Origin: Squalus acanthias
Lineage: Eukaryota
Length of the DNA stretch: 64,000 nucleotides
Assembly: GCA_030390025.1 (NCBI GenBank)
Contig: CM059432.1
Span: 101,992,001 to 102,056,000 of the forward strand
Direction of reading: 5' to 3'
Every line of letters starts with the position of its first letter. Within the stretch, counting starts at the first letter, position 1. Below the pieces are notes generated by a model, which was not told the DNA's origin, did not search any database, and saw nothing but the letters and a program-made list of their open reading frames with translations. This document shows positions 1 to 11,769 of the stretch, piece after piece. The position numbers were made by a program, and so were the translations under genes.

Positions 1-1790
1 GCCGGTGAATGTTTAAGGTAGTGGATGGGGGGCCGATCAAGCAGGCTGCTTTGTCCTGGATGGTATTGAGCTTCTTGAGTGTTGTTGGAGCTGCACTCAT
101 CCAGGCAAGTGGAGAATATTCTATCAAACTCCTGACTTGTGCCTTGTAGATGGTGGAAAGGAGTCAGAAGGTGAGACACTTCCCACAGAATACCCAGCCT
201 CTGACCTGCTCTTGTAGCTACAGTGTTTATGTGACTGGTCCAGTTAAGTTTCTGGTCAACGGTGACCCCCAGAATGTTGGTGATAGGCGATTCGGCGCTG
301 GTAATGCCATTGAATGTCAAGGGGCAGTGGTTAGACTCTCTATTGTTGGAGATAGTCATTGCCTGCCACTTGTGTGGCACGAATGTTACTTGCTACTTAT
401 CAGCCCAAGCCTAAATGTCGTCCAGGTCTTGCTGCATGCGGGCCTGGGCCGCTTCATTATCTGAGGAGTTGTGAATTGAACTGAACACTGTGCAACCATC
501 AGCAAACATCACTACGTCTGACCCTATGATGGAGGGAAGGCCATTGATGAAGCAGCTGAAGATGGTTGGGCCTAAGACACTGACCTGAGTAACTCCTGCA
601 GTGATGTCCTGGGGCTGAAATGATTAGCCTCCAACAACCACAATCATCTTCCATTTTGCTAGGTATGACTCCAGTCAGTGGAGAGTTTCCCCCCCCGATT
701 CCCATTGACTTTAATTTTACTAGGGCTCCTTGATGCCATGCTCGGTCAAATGCTGCCTTGATGTCTAGGGCAGTCACTCTCACCTCACCTCTGGAATTCA
801 GCTCTTTTGTCCATGTTTGGACCAAAGCTGTAATGAGGCCTGGAGCTGAGTGGTCCTGGTGGAACCTGAACTGAGCGTTGGTGAGCAGGTTATTGTTGAG
901 TAACTGCCACTTGATAGCACTGTCGACGACACCTTCCATCACTTTGCTGATGATTGAGAGTAGACTGATAGGGCGGTGATGTGGCGGATTGGATTTGTCC
1001 TACTTTTTGTGGACAGAACATACCTTGGCAGTTTTCCATTTTGTCGGGTCGATGCCAGTGTTGTAGCTCTACTGGAACAGCTTGGCTAGAGGTGTGGCTA
1101 GTTCTGGAGCACAAGTCTTCAGCACAACAGTCGGAATCCATAGCCTTTGTTGTACCAAGTGTGCTCAGCTGTTTTTTGATACCACGTGGAGTGAATTGAA
1201 TTGGCTGACTTCTGCTTCTGTGATGGTGGGGACCAGAGGAGGAGGCTGAGATGGATCATCCACTAGGCACTTCTGGCTGAAGAGGGTTGCAAATGCTTCA
1301 GCCTTGTCTTGTACACTCATGTGCTGGGTCCCACCATCATTGAGGATGGGGATGTTCATGGAGCCTCCTCCTCCCGTTAGTTGTTTAATTGTCCACCACA
1401 CTATTCATGACTGGATGTGACAGGACTGCAGAGCTTTGATCTGATCCGTTGGTTGTGGGATCGCTTAGCTCTGTCTATAGCATGCTGTTTCCGGTGTTTA
1501 GCATGCATATATTGGTTACAGATTTTGGTGAACTACAAGTCTGCTACTGCTGATGGCCCACAGTGCCTCATGGATGCCCAGTTTTGAGCTGCTAGATCTG
1601 TTCTGAATCTATCCCATTTAGCACAATGGTACTTTGTCTCCATAAGGATTGTGTGGTGGTCACTACTACCAATACTGTCATGGACAGAGGCATCTGTGAC
1701 AGGTAGATTGGTGAGGACGAGGTCAAGTAGGTTTCTGCCTCGTGTTGGTTCTCTCACCACCTGCCGCAGTCCCAGTGCCAATTGTTGTCT
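1..1790 (-). mobile_element. Degraded non-LTR retrotransposon (CR1/Jockey-group LINE), endonuclease end plus RT fragments
   Basis: Minus-strand ORFs give EPTRGRNLLDLVLTN..GSSDHHTI (APE endonuclease C-terminus) and NAQFRFHQDHS..TALDIKAAFDRAWHQG (RT). Frameshifted. Same family at 16650, 30770 and 44432. Confidence 0.85.
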
Positions 1791-2199
1791 AATTACGCTC
1801 CTGTGAAGTTCATTGGAACATTTTCCTACATTAAAGGTGCTAGATAAATGCAAGTTGTTGTTAAGATGTCTGTCAGTCTCCCCTGCACAGTTTAAGCACT
1901 ACCTTCTTGGGACAGCTATGGATGAGCATAAATGCAGTCTTGCCAGCATCACCCATGTCTCAAGAACAGATGAAAATTCATGTCAGAAAAATTCCATGTC
2001 TATTTTATCTAATCTAATCTAGACACAAATGCTTCCCTTGTCGTGATATGATGCCTGCAAATAAGTTCATCAATTTTTGTATTATTACTGAACTTGGCAG
2101 AAATAATTAAAACTGAGTGGTTTGCTTGAGCTGACTGATTATCATAGTATTACTGGATTAGTTTTGAGAATTTCCTGGAAACTTTCGTGTCCAGATTAG

Positions 2200-2914
2200 A
2201 TTATGCTGAAGTGGGGCATCTTGTGGCATGCCCCGTCAGTTTGTCGTGCACGTTTAGGTTTTAAAATTTTTTGCCCACAAAGTTGATGGAAGTACGAGCT
2301 GATAATGGTGCAATGAGGGCAACAGGGCATCTGGGATCTTGGTGAACAATGGGGCAAAGTATATCGCCTTAACCAGTGAGATTTTTAGCATTAAGAAATA
2401 AACAGAGGAAGGACTGAGAAGGAGGGTGAATTAGAGTGGGTGAATGCAATGTCAAATCAGGTACAAAAAGTGAAATTAAGAGAGGGAAAGAAATATTGGA
2501 TTAAGAGGGAGATAAAAAAAGAGACAAAGGAAAAGTAAGAAGAAAAGTATTAAATATTAAATTTAAAATTTGACATTTTTAAAATCTCTGAAAACAATTC
2601 ACAACCTGAAGGAATGAGATTCCTCACTTATAATTATTCAGTTTCTGGGCAAGAGAGGGGATTGGCAGTCATTAACAATTATCTCATCGTTAATAGGGTA
2701 CTTACGCTGTTAATTACTAGACATAAACTTTCTGTGGCGAGTTTAATGACCAATTAATGTGCAAATGCAGCAACTTTATGAAAATGGAGCCGCACAAACT
2801 GGCCAGGAACTTGTGGTGATTCATAATTGACAGGGTATCGCTTCCTCGTTACAAGTGCATTAATAACGATGTGCATTGTTCAGACGCCATTATTTTTTCA
2901 GCAAACTCTGGCCC
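2200..2914. mobile_element. Non-autonomous DNA transposon remnant (Harbinger-type end)
   Basis: Ends CAGCAAACTCTGGCCC, matching the GGGC-type TIRs of other MITEs here. Interior resembles 46823-47040 and 47900-48320. Left end not identified. Confidence 0.45.
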
Positions 2915-2959
2915 AAAGTGTTCCAAAATATTACTAAAGATGGAAGCTATTTGGTCCTG

Positions 2960-3380
2960 GAATGTGGCGATGCTGGCAAGACTGCATTTATGCTTATCCT
3001 TATTTGCCCTGAGAAAGTAAGGCTGGGTAAATAGTATATACTGCAGCTCCTTGGCGTTATACTCGATCAAATGCTGCCTTGATGGTGAGGGCAGCTAACC
3101 TTACCTTCCTGGCATTCAGCTCTCGTATCCATGTCTGGATCAAGGAAGTAATATGGTCTGGAACCAACTGGTTCTAGTGCAAGTTATTGGTGAGGAGGTG
3201 CTGCTTTACGACACTGTGGATAACTCCTTCTACTACGTTTGTGAAGAATGAGTTGGAGCTGGTAGTGCAGTATGGGCTGGGTTAGACTTATCCAACCTTT
3301 ATTTGGATAAGACATACCTAAGCAATGTGTTACATTGTTGGGTAGATGTCAATGTCATATTTGCACTGGAACAGCTTGGC
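2960..3380 (-). mobile_element. Old LINE fragment (same family as 1-1790), resuming at ~5540-5780
   Basis: TCAAATGCTGCCTTGATG and CTGGAACAGCTTGGCT match 746-763 and 1072-1087. After the Harbinger insert, CATAGCCTTTG matches 1139-1149. Confidence 0.55.
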
Positions 3381-3384
3381 TGGG

Positions 3385-5538
3385 GAGGGGAGGGGCGAGA
3401 TTTGCTTAAAGCTAGCCTGCTCCTTTTCAAGGCAGTGTGCAGCTCTGAAAGCTGAGCTGCCTGCCGCACATAACATTTAAAAAAAAATCCTTCAGAACTA
3501 GGCAATCTGCAGCAATGTTCCCTCTAATTATTTTTTCATGCACGGTCCCTTTAAATTTGCTGCGCGGTATCTCTTCCAGTGATAGGAGCTGGTGAGCAGC
3601 CTGCGCGTGACCACGTGATTGGTGCGCGACCGTGTGGACGCGCACCTTCGGAGGAACATTGGTCTGCAGTTCTTAAAGCTGAACTGCCTTCTGCACATAA
3701 AAAATGATAAAAGTGCTTCAGCACTAACACAAATGTCTCAACAGGCCAGGGAAAGAGCATCCAGGATCTCGGACACACCACTCCAGCTTTGTGCAGGGGG
3801 GTCAACATTGGTAGAGAGGCCCTCTGCCCACAGGGTGTCAGGAGACCCTCCAGAAAGAAGGATATGGGACCAAATTGCCGAGGCCATCACTGCCAGCAAT
3901 GTCGCTCCAGTGCCCAAAGAAGTTTCATCACCTCAGACCACTGGTCAAGGTCAGTGAATGCATCTTCAAAAGCCACCTCCTACCAACTGCACCATTAGCC
4001 TCACACACTTCTCAATGCGCGACCCCCCCGCAACCCCCATCACTCACCTATCAACAATCTCTACCAAACATGAGGCACACCTCCCATTCCTAGCCTCACC
4101 TCACCCCCTTGGCAGAGACGGTGCTGGCCATTCATGGCAGGGGCATGGCTGAGCCCTTGGCCAGCGGCAGGCCTGAAACAATACAAGATGCCGGTATCCT
4201 CATGCATTGTCCTCTTTCTTGCATCCCAATTCCCCCTCATCCCACAATTTCTTCTGATTTACAACCTGTACATGGTGTAATCATGCACCTCTTGCTTTAC
4301 CCCCTCCCCTCACCGCAACCCAACCCTTGTGCCTTCCTCATTTCAGACACCCAACAAATCCAGCCTGCCCAACCAATAGTTGGTCAAGAAGAGGGAGAGG
4401 AGCGTGAAGAAGAAGAAGAAGAAACATCGTCACTCGATTTCACTCTCCCATCTACCAGCTCTTCGAGATCGTCCTGCAAGGCCATCTGCAGTGTCCCCAA
4501 CTGAAAGTCAGCAGCCTTCCACCAGCCATGCTGCAGCCACTGGGGTAGCACTGCGTGACATCAGTAGGATAGGCAAAGGCACATGCAAGATGGTCACTAA
4601 GGGAATGCATAAGGGTGATTAGTTGATTTTCTGATGTAATATCCGATGCATATGTGAATTAAGTTGGATTGGAAAGTTTGCTTTGTGGTGGCTTTTATTT
4701 CAGCATTGTGACCACAAGGACACCGTGATGGTCAGTAACAGAGGGAAGGTAAGGTGTGGGACAAATGTTGAAAGAGGAATTGGGGTTGTGGTCACTGGGA
4801 CCACGGATGGATTATTCGATCCTGGATATCCCGGCCAGAAAGGGGCTGTCTGGGTTGCATCCTTCCTTCCGTTTCCTCATCTTCTGCTTTTTCCCCTACT
4901 GCTTCTTTCCTCTTCTACTTTTTCTTCTCCTGCTACCTCCATTTCTGCTTCCTCCTCCCTCTGTGAGCAGCTTTGCTGCCTCTGCTCCATCTCCATGTGA
5001 TGCTGCAGCCCAAGAGGGACTGCAACTAGAGCCCCCAGGACTGTGAGCAAGTAGTGTTCTCAGACAAATTTCTTTTAACAGCCAAAGCCTTGCAAACGTC
5101 CAACAGCTCTCCCTGCGCACTTCAACAACTTTTTTAATGTATTGCACCAAGCCACTACTCCAATAAAATGTAAAAAAAAGTCCAAAAGCAAAAATCTAAA
5201 CTTACCTGAAAGATGTTTGTGTCCCTTTAAGAAGCGCTGGCAACGTCTCTGTTATACTGCTGCATGCACATTCTTCCATGTGTGGTTTGGAGAGGGTGGT
5301 ATCAAGAGTGGCGATGTCGAAAATCACAGATTGTACATCAATTCAGACATTGCACCCCGAGTGATGTCACGATCTGCATCATTTAAATGTGGGCGGCGAG
5401 CGCAGGCAACGGCAGCACTGCCGGGCTGCTCAAAATGTCGGTATTCCATGGCGGAAGTGGACGGAAGCGAGGCAGCTGCCATTTATTTGAGCAAAACTGA
5501 CCTTAACGGCTGGCGATAAAGCTCCCAATTCCACAGCC
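3385..5538 (+). mobile_element. Non-autonomous PIF/Harbinger derivative, copy 1 (Myb/SANT-like remnant on +, transposase remnant on -)
   Basis: MSQQARERASRISD..REALCPQG..IWDQIAEAITAS..QCPKKFHHL is a frameshifted Myb/SANT-like domain. Minus strand reads QPRQPLSGRDIQDRII, like a Harbinger transposase C-terminus. Right end AATTCCACAGCC. Colinear with 11945-13790 and 40672-42908. Left TIR not found. Confidence 0.75.
3513..3661. mobile_element. hAT-type MITE (149 bp) nested in the Harbinger derivative
   Basis: TIRs CAATGTTCC...GGAACATTG. 8-bp TSD ATCTGCAG (3505-3512) / GTCTGCAG (3662-3669). Confidence 0.8.
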
Positions 5539-7329
5539 ATAGCCTTTGCACTGGTCCACTTCTTATTATCATGGAAACTGGCTTGTATGATGGTGAGGAC
5601 TTTGGAAGGAGACTCAATAGGATCATCCAACTTTTGGTTGAAGATGTGAAGATGTCTGCAAACACTTGAGTCTTGTCTCTTGCACTCACTCTACCATAGT
5701 TGAAGATGGGGTTGTTCTTATCAGGCTGTTGTTTGACTAGTCTGTGGGACAGCTCTCGCAACCTGGGAGCCAGACGCTAGACATTAGCAATGAAGACTTT
5801 GCAGGGCTGGGCTGAGGTTGTCCTGATCTGATGCCCAGTTCAAGTGGAAGGCCCAGCGTTCCCTTCTCAAGTCAACTAGGGATGAGCATAAATGTAGTCT
5901 TGCCAGCATCACCCATATCCCAAGAAATGAAAAATCATTGCAAGAAGCTTCCATCTCTAAGTTATCTAATCTAATCTAGATACAAAAGCTACCTTTATCC
6001 TGATACGATGCCTGCAAATAAGTTCATCCAATTTTTGTCTTATTACTAAACTTTGTAGAAATTCTTTACAACTGAATGGTTTTCCTAAACCACACCAGAG
6101 GTCAACAAGAGTCAACCACAGTGTGGGACTGGAGTCACATGCAGGTCAGACCTGGAAGGGGTGGCAGGCTCCCTTTCCTGACCATTTGGGTTGTTTGCAA
6201 GAATACGGCATTTGCAGGTATCCCATACAGGAATTCTAGGTCTGTGGGTTTATTGGCCTAAGGTGACCACTTCTGCTATGGCAGCAGGTGGAGTTTATAA
6301 AACCATTTTATTTTAATCAAGCTGCCATGATGTCATTTTAACTCACATTCTCTGGATTATTGGTCCAGGCCAGTACACTACTGTACCCCACCTTCTGGGA
6401 CTAAACAGTATTTATATTTATGAGCAATTAAAGTGGTACAATCTGCACTCTCCTCCTGCAGACATGCTCAGAATGATCACCCCCAATGTCCCCTGCATAA
6501 AAGAAAGATCAATAAGCACAGCTAGAGTGGCAGAAGAGAGAATCAATCTGCCACCGAAGCCCCCCTATTGCAAGGTGATCCAGCCCAGTATGCTGATCGG
6601 TGGCTTGACTGCTTAACAGAGCGAAATCTAATGACTCATCCCAAACTTCTCTCACACAATGTTACTGAAGCACAAAAAGTCTATCCCACACATTAAACCA
6701 CATTTGGCAGTAAGATGTAAGCACACCGCAAGTTGACCTGACATGTGTTGAAAAGTCAAATAACTCAAAAATATACAGTCCATTCAGTGTCACTGTTATA
6801 TATTCAGGTCTCCAGAATAATGTCACCAAATCAATAGCTTCAATTATGAAACCTCGTGGCAACGTTCCACCTTTGCAGAATTTCAACACTGCCCATCCAA
6901 TTAATCAAATGACTCATTAAGACAGGATGTACATATTCTCTGTCAAGCATTGCATTGCACTTTGCTAAAACTAAAAAACTGCTCAAAAGTAGTCGACTTG
7001 CACAAACATTTGAAGTGGATCAGCATAATTTATGCACAAAAATAACTTCACAAATAGGCCAAAATTTGTTCTTTAGTTTGATGGAAACAACTGATCAGTT
7101 CAAAGTAATTCTACTTTTATCGAAAAGAAAGTACTGTATTATGATCTTGACCTCCATGATACAGTATCAATAAATAGTTGTTCCATCTGTTCTGAACTGC
7201 TAGCATACAGCATCTGTCTAAGGCTAGACAGCCATGTCCATGATCTTACTCCAGAGTTGTTGATCATGCTGTTGCTATTGCAAGTCTAATCGGGATTTCT
7301 GTCCCATTCTATAAATGAATGAGACATAT

Positions 7330-8670
7330 GATCTTCACCGCACGGGAACAGCACCAACCGCTGTACATGGCCTTCTTTGATCTCACAAAGGCCTTCGACA
7401 CTGTCAACAGTGAGGGGTTATGGAGTGTCCTCCTCAAATTCGGCTGCCCTCAAAAGTTTGTCGCCATCCTCTGCCTGCTTCACGACGACATGCAAGCCGT
7501 GATCCTGACCAACGGTTCCACCACAGACCCAATTCACGTACGGACCGGGGTCAAGCAAAGCTGTGTCATCGCACCAACGCTCTTATCGATCTTCCTTGCT
7601 GCAATGCTCCATCTCACCCTCAGTAAGTTCCCCGCTGGAGTGGAGCTAATTTACAGAACAAACGGGAAACTGTTCAACCTCCGTCGCCTCCAGTCCAGAT
7701 CCAAAGCTGTCCCATCCTCTGTCGTTGAATTACAGTATGCAGACGACGCTTGCGTCTGCACTCACTCGGAGGTCGAACTCCAAACCATCGTCAACACCTT
7801 CACCGAAGCGTACGAGAGCATGGGCCTTACACTAAACATCCGTAAGACAAAGGTCCTCTACCAACCTGCCCCCGCCACACAGTACTGCCCCCCAATTATC
7901 AAAATCCACGACAAGGCCTTGGACAATGTGGACCACTTTCCATACCTCGGGAGCCTACTGTCAACAAGGGCAGACGTCGATGACGAAGTCCAACACCACC
8001 TTCAGTGTGCCAGTGCAGCCTTCGGTCACCTGAGGAAGAGAGTGTTTGAAGACCAGGACCTCAAACCCGGCACTAAGCTCATGGTCTACAGAGCAGCAGT
8101 GATACCCGCCTTGCTGTATGCCTCAGAGACATGACCATATACAGCAGGCACCTCAAAGCACTGGAGAGGTACCACCAACTCTGCCTCCGCAAGATCCTGC
8201 AAATCTATTGGCAGGATAGGCGCACCAACGTCAGTGTTCTCGCTCAGGCCAACATCCCCAGCATCGAAGCTTTGACCACGCTCGATCATCTCCGATGGAC
8301 AGGTCACATCGTCCGCATGCCCGATACGAGACTCCCAATACAAGCGCTCTACTCGGAGCTCCAGCACGGCAAGAGAGCCCCAGGTGGGCAGAGGAAACAC
8401 TTCAAGGACACCCTCAAAGCCTCCTTGAAAAAGTGCAACATCCCCACTGACACCTGGGAATCCCTGGCCCAAGACCGCACGAAGTGGAGGAGAAGCATCT
8501 GGGAAGGCGCCGAACACCTCGAGTCTCTTCGCCGGGAGCAAGCGGAAGCCAAGTGCAAACAGCGGAAGGAGTGCACGTCAACCCAAGCACCTCACCCATC
8601 CCTTCAACCACCGTCTGCCCCACCTGTGACAGAGACTGTAGGTCCTGCATTGGACTCATCAGTCACCTGA
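7330..8670 (+). pseudogene. RTE ORF2 reverse transcriptase remnant, frameshifted near 8131 and near 8600
   Basis: ORFs 7319-8134 and 8131-8670 join through a 1-bp deletion (GACATGACC here versus GACATGGACC at ~57495). Confidence 0.9.
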
Positions 8671-8735
8671 GAACTCATTTTGAATGCGGAAGCAAGTCAT
8701 CCTCGGTTCCGCGGGACTGCCTAAGAAGGAGAAGG
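7330..8735 (+). mobile_element. 5'-truncated RTE (BovB/RTE-1-like) LINE
   Basis: RT motifs FFDLTKAFDTV, GVKQSCVIAP, LQYADD, YLGS. C-terminal CPTC..C..HLRTH zinc finger. AAG-type tail. 42-bp TSD at 7288-7329 and 8736-8777. Confidence 0.95.
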
Positions 8736-10509
8736 AATCGGGATTTCTGTCCCATTCTATAAATGAATGAGACATATTTCCCTTAGTCTAGCTTTTGGCC
8801 TTTCATTTCTCCCAGCAGGATTGTCTTGATTAGGTGGTCCGCTTCCCCTCTGAATGTTTGCCCAAAATGTATTTTTCTTTATCTTAGCGAGCATCTCATT
8901 TATGGCTTTACCCTTTCAACTAGCTGCTCCTTACTCTTATCTGTGATCATTGTATTTCCACACATCCCGATATAGTTTATGAAAGGAAGAGGACAATGGG
9001 GCTAATTTTTGATTATTTGGCAATGTTCTATGTATACCTTCAACAAGCAACTCCAACTCGCAATGACATTTTGCCCAAGGTCTGTTTTGAATAGAAGAAT
9101 GAAATTGAAAACATTCAGGAATTGCAAAAGAAAGGCTCAAAAATTTCCCTATTTCAAAACCCTTTGCAACCTGGCCAAGATCTAATTTGAGATCAGTTCC
9201 TTGAGATTGTTTACCCTGCCAGCAGGAATGATTGCATCCAGAAATTAAATTACAAGTTGTGGTGAAAATATAGCAAATCTCAGGCATAAAGACAAATAAG
9301 AGGAATGAATTCAGGAAGAATGAATTTGCTTCATTACTTTAAATACAATGGCCGAAAAATATGTGTCCGCTACGAGAGTTGCCAGTGTCACCGCGGCCTC
9401 AGGTTAACGGGCGCTGAAAACGGACAAAGCGCTATAAGGGAAAAATCCACGCTGGGGGCTAAAGATTTTTAGCCCAGTGTTAACTTGCTATGTAACACCC
9501 TCCTGGTGGCGTTAGTGCAGGCATCGGAGACGAAGTTGCCGTCCAGAAGCGACGTTCGATCTTCCAACTGGATGCAAGGCAATGGAGTTTGCTAGGCATT
9601 GTGGGAAATTAAAAGGGCAATGGCTTCTGAACGAATAAAAATCATAGAAGAATCATAGAATGGTTACAGCACAGAAGGAGGCTATTCGGCCCATCGAGCC
9701 CATGCCAGCTCTCTGCAAGAGCATTTCAGCTAGTCCCACTCTCCCGCCCTTTCCCCATAGCCCTGCAATATATTTTTCCTTCAGGTCCTTATCCAATTCC
9801 CTTTTGAAAGCCGTGATTGAGTCTGCCTCCACCACCCTCTCAGGCAGTGCATTCCAGATCGTAACCACTCGCTGTGTAAAAAAGTTTTCCTCATGTCGCC
9901 TTTGGTTCTTCTGTCAATCACCTTAAATCTGTGTCCTCTGGTTCTCGACCCTTCCGCCAATGGGAACAGTTTCTCTCTAACTATTCTGGCTAGACCACTC
10001 ATGATTTTGAACACCTCCATCAAATCTCCTATCAACCTTCTCTGCTCTAAGGAGAACAACCCCAGCTTCTCCCAGTCTATCCACGTAACTGAAGTCCCTC
10101 ATCCCTGGAACCATTCTTGTAAATCTTTTCTGCACCCTCTCTAAGGCCTTCACATCCTTCCTAAAGTGCAGTGTCCAGAATTGGACACAATGCTCCAGTT
10201 GAGGTCGGAACAGTGTTTTATAAAGGTTCATCATAACTTCCTTGCTTTTGTACTCTGCCTCTATTAATGAAGTCATGATGCGGAGATGCCGGTGTTGGAC
10301 TGGGGTGGACAAAATTGAGAGGTCGCACAACACCAGGTTATAGTCCAACAGTTTTATTTGAAATCACAAGCTTTCGGAACTATCGCTCCTTCCTCAGGTG
10401 AAGTAAATTGGATACAGAATCGTCAGAGCATATATAGATGGAAAAAAAAGGATGTGTACTTTACAATTGCAGACCAATAAATTAAATCATCCTGACTATC
10501 TGCCGAGGT

Positions 10510-11394
10510 GTGATGCTCCACTTCTCCAGCTTCCACCCTAACCATGTTAAAGAAGCCATCCCCTATGGACAAGCCCTGCGAATACACAGGATCTGCTCAG
10601 ACGAGGAGGAACGCGATGGACACCTACGGACGCTGAAAAACGCCCTCGTAAGAACGGGATATGACGCTCGACTCATCGATCGACAGTTCCGACGGGCCAC
10701 AGCGAAAAATCGCATAGACCTCCTCAGAAGGCAAACACGGGACACAACCAACAGGGTACCCTACGTCGTCCAGTACTTCCCCGGAGCGGAGAAACTACGA
10801 CATGTTCTTCGCAGCCTTCAACATGTCATCGATGACGACAAACACCTCGCTAAGGCCATCCCCACGCCTCCACTACTTGCCTTCAAACAGCCGCCTAACC
10901 TCAGAAGTACCATCGTTCGCAGCAAATTACCCAGCTTTCAGGATAACAGCGACCACGACACCACACAACCCTGCCATGGCAAACTCTGCAAGACATGCCA
11001 GATCATCAACACAGATACCACCATCACACGTGAGGACACTACCCACCAGGTACATGGTACATACTCATGTGACTCGGCCAACGTTGTCTACCTCATACGT
11101 TGCAGGAAAGAATGCACCGCGGCATGGTACATCGGCGAGACCATGCAGACACTGAGACAACGTATGAACGAGCACCGCGCAACAATCGCCAGGCAGGATT
11201 GTTACCTCCCAGTCGGGGAACACTTCAGCAGTCAAGGACATTCAGCCTCGGATCTGCGGGTAAGCGTTCTCCAAGGCAACCTTAGAAACACACGACAACG
11301 CAAAATCATCGAGCAGAAACTGATAGCCAAGTTCTGCACTCATGAAGACGGTCTCAATCGGGATCTTGGGTTTATGTCACGATACATGACGTGA
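10510..11394 (+). CDS. PLE ORF C-terminal part: RT thumb/linker plus GIY-YIG endonuclease (5'-truncated, otherwise uninterrupted)
   Basis: SFHP..IPYGQALRIHRICS, the Cys motif PCHGKLCKTC, NVVYLIRC..WYIGET..LRQRMNEH, and E..LI....GLN are typical of Penelope GIY-YIG proteins. Confidence 0.88.
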   Translation: MMLHFSSFHPNHVKEAIPYGQALRIHRICSDEEERDGHLRTLKNALVRTGYDARLIDRQFRRATAKNRIDLLRRQTRDTTNRVPYVVQYFPGAEKLRHVLRSLQHVIDDDKHLAKAIPTPPLLAFKQPPNLRSTIVRSKLPSFQDNSDHDTTQPCHGKLCKTCQIINTDTTITREDTTHQVHGTYSCDSANVVYLIRCRKECTAAWYIGETMQTLRQRMNEHRATIARQDCYLPVGEHFSSQGHSASDLRVSVLQGNLRNTRQRKIIEQKLIAKFCTHEDGLNRDLGFMSRYMT

Positions 11395-11731
11395 TCCGGA
11401 CTCGAGTCGTCGTTAGCTTGTTCACAGATGTGATTCCCAGTAAAAAAGTAAAAATTTTCCCAGTAAAAAAGTAAATTTTTTTTTTTTAAAGCTTTTCGTT
11501 TTACATACAGACGGCAGCTTTTGACACGTTAGAACCCCTGCGACTTCACCTCATTGTCTCAGTTGTATCTTGCTATGTCTTTTGATGTGGTACCTTCCTG
11601 GCTGACTTAATTAACTTTATCACACCTCGGCAGATAGTCAGGATGATTTAATTTATTGGTCTGCAATTGTAAAGTACACATCCTTTTTTTTCCATCTATA
11701 TATGCTCTGACGATTCTGTATCCAATTTACT

Positions 11732-11769
11732 TCACCTGAGGAAGGAGCGATAGTTCCGAAAGCTTGTGA
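11732..11769 (+). ncRNA. Minimal type-I hammerhead ribozyme motif in PLE pLTR (mirror copy 10364-10401 on -)
   Basis: TCAC-CTGAGGA-A-GGAGC-GATA-GTTCC-GAAA-GC-TT-GTGA: CUGAnGA and GAAA cores, stems I and II, palindromic AAGCTT in place of stem III. Confidence 0.75.

Noticed and set aside
11434..11480. 23-bp tandem duplication TTCCCAGTAAAAAAGTAAA
   Set aside because: Simple local slippage within the PLE 3' UTR.
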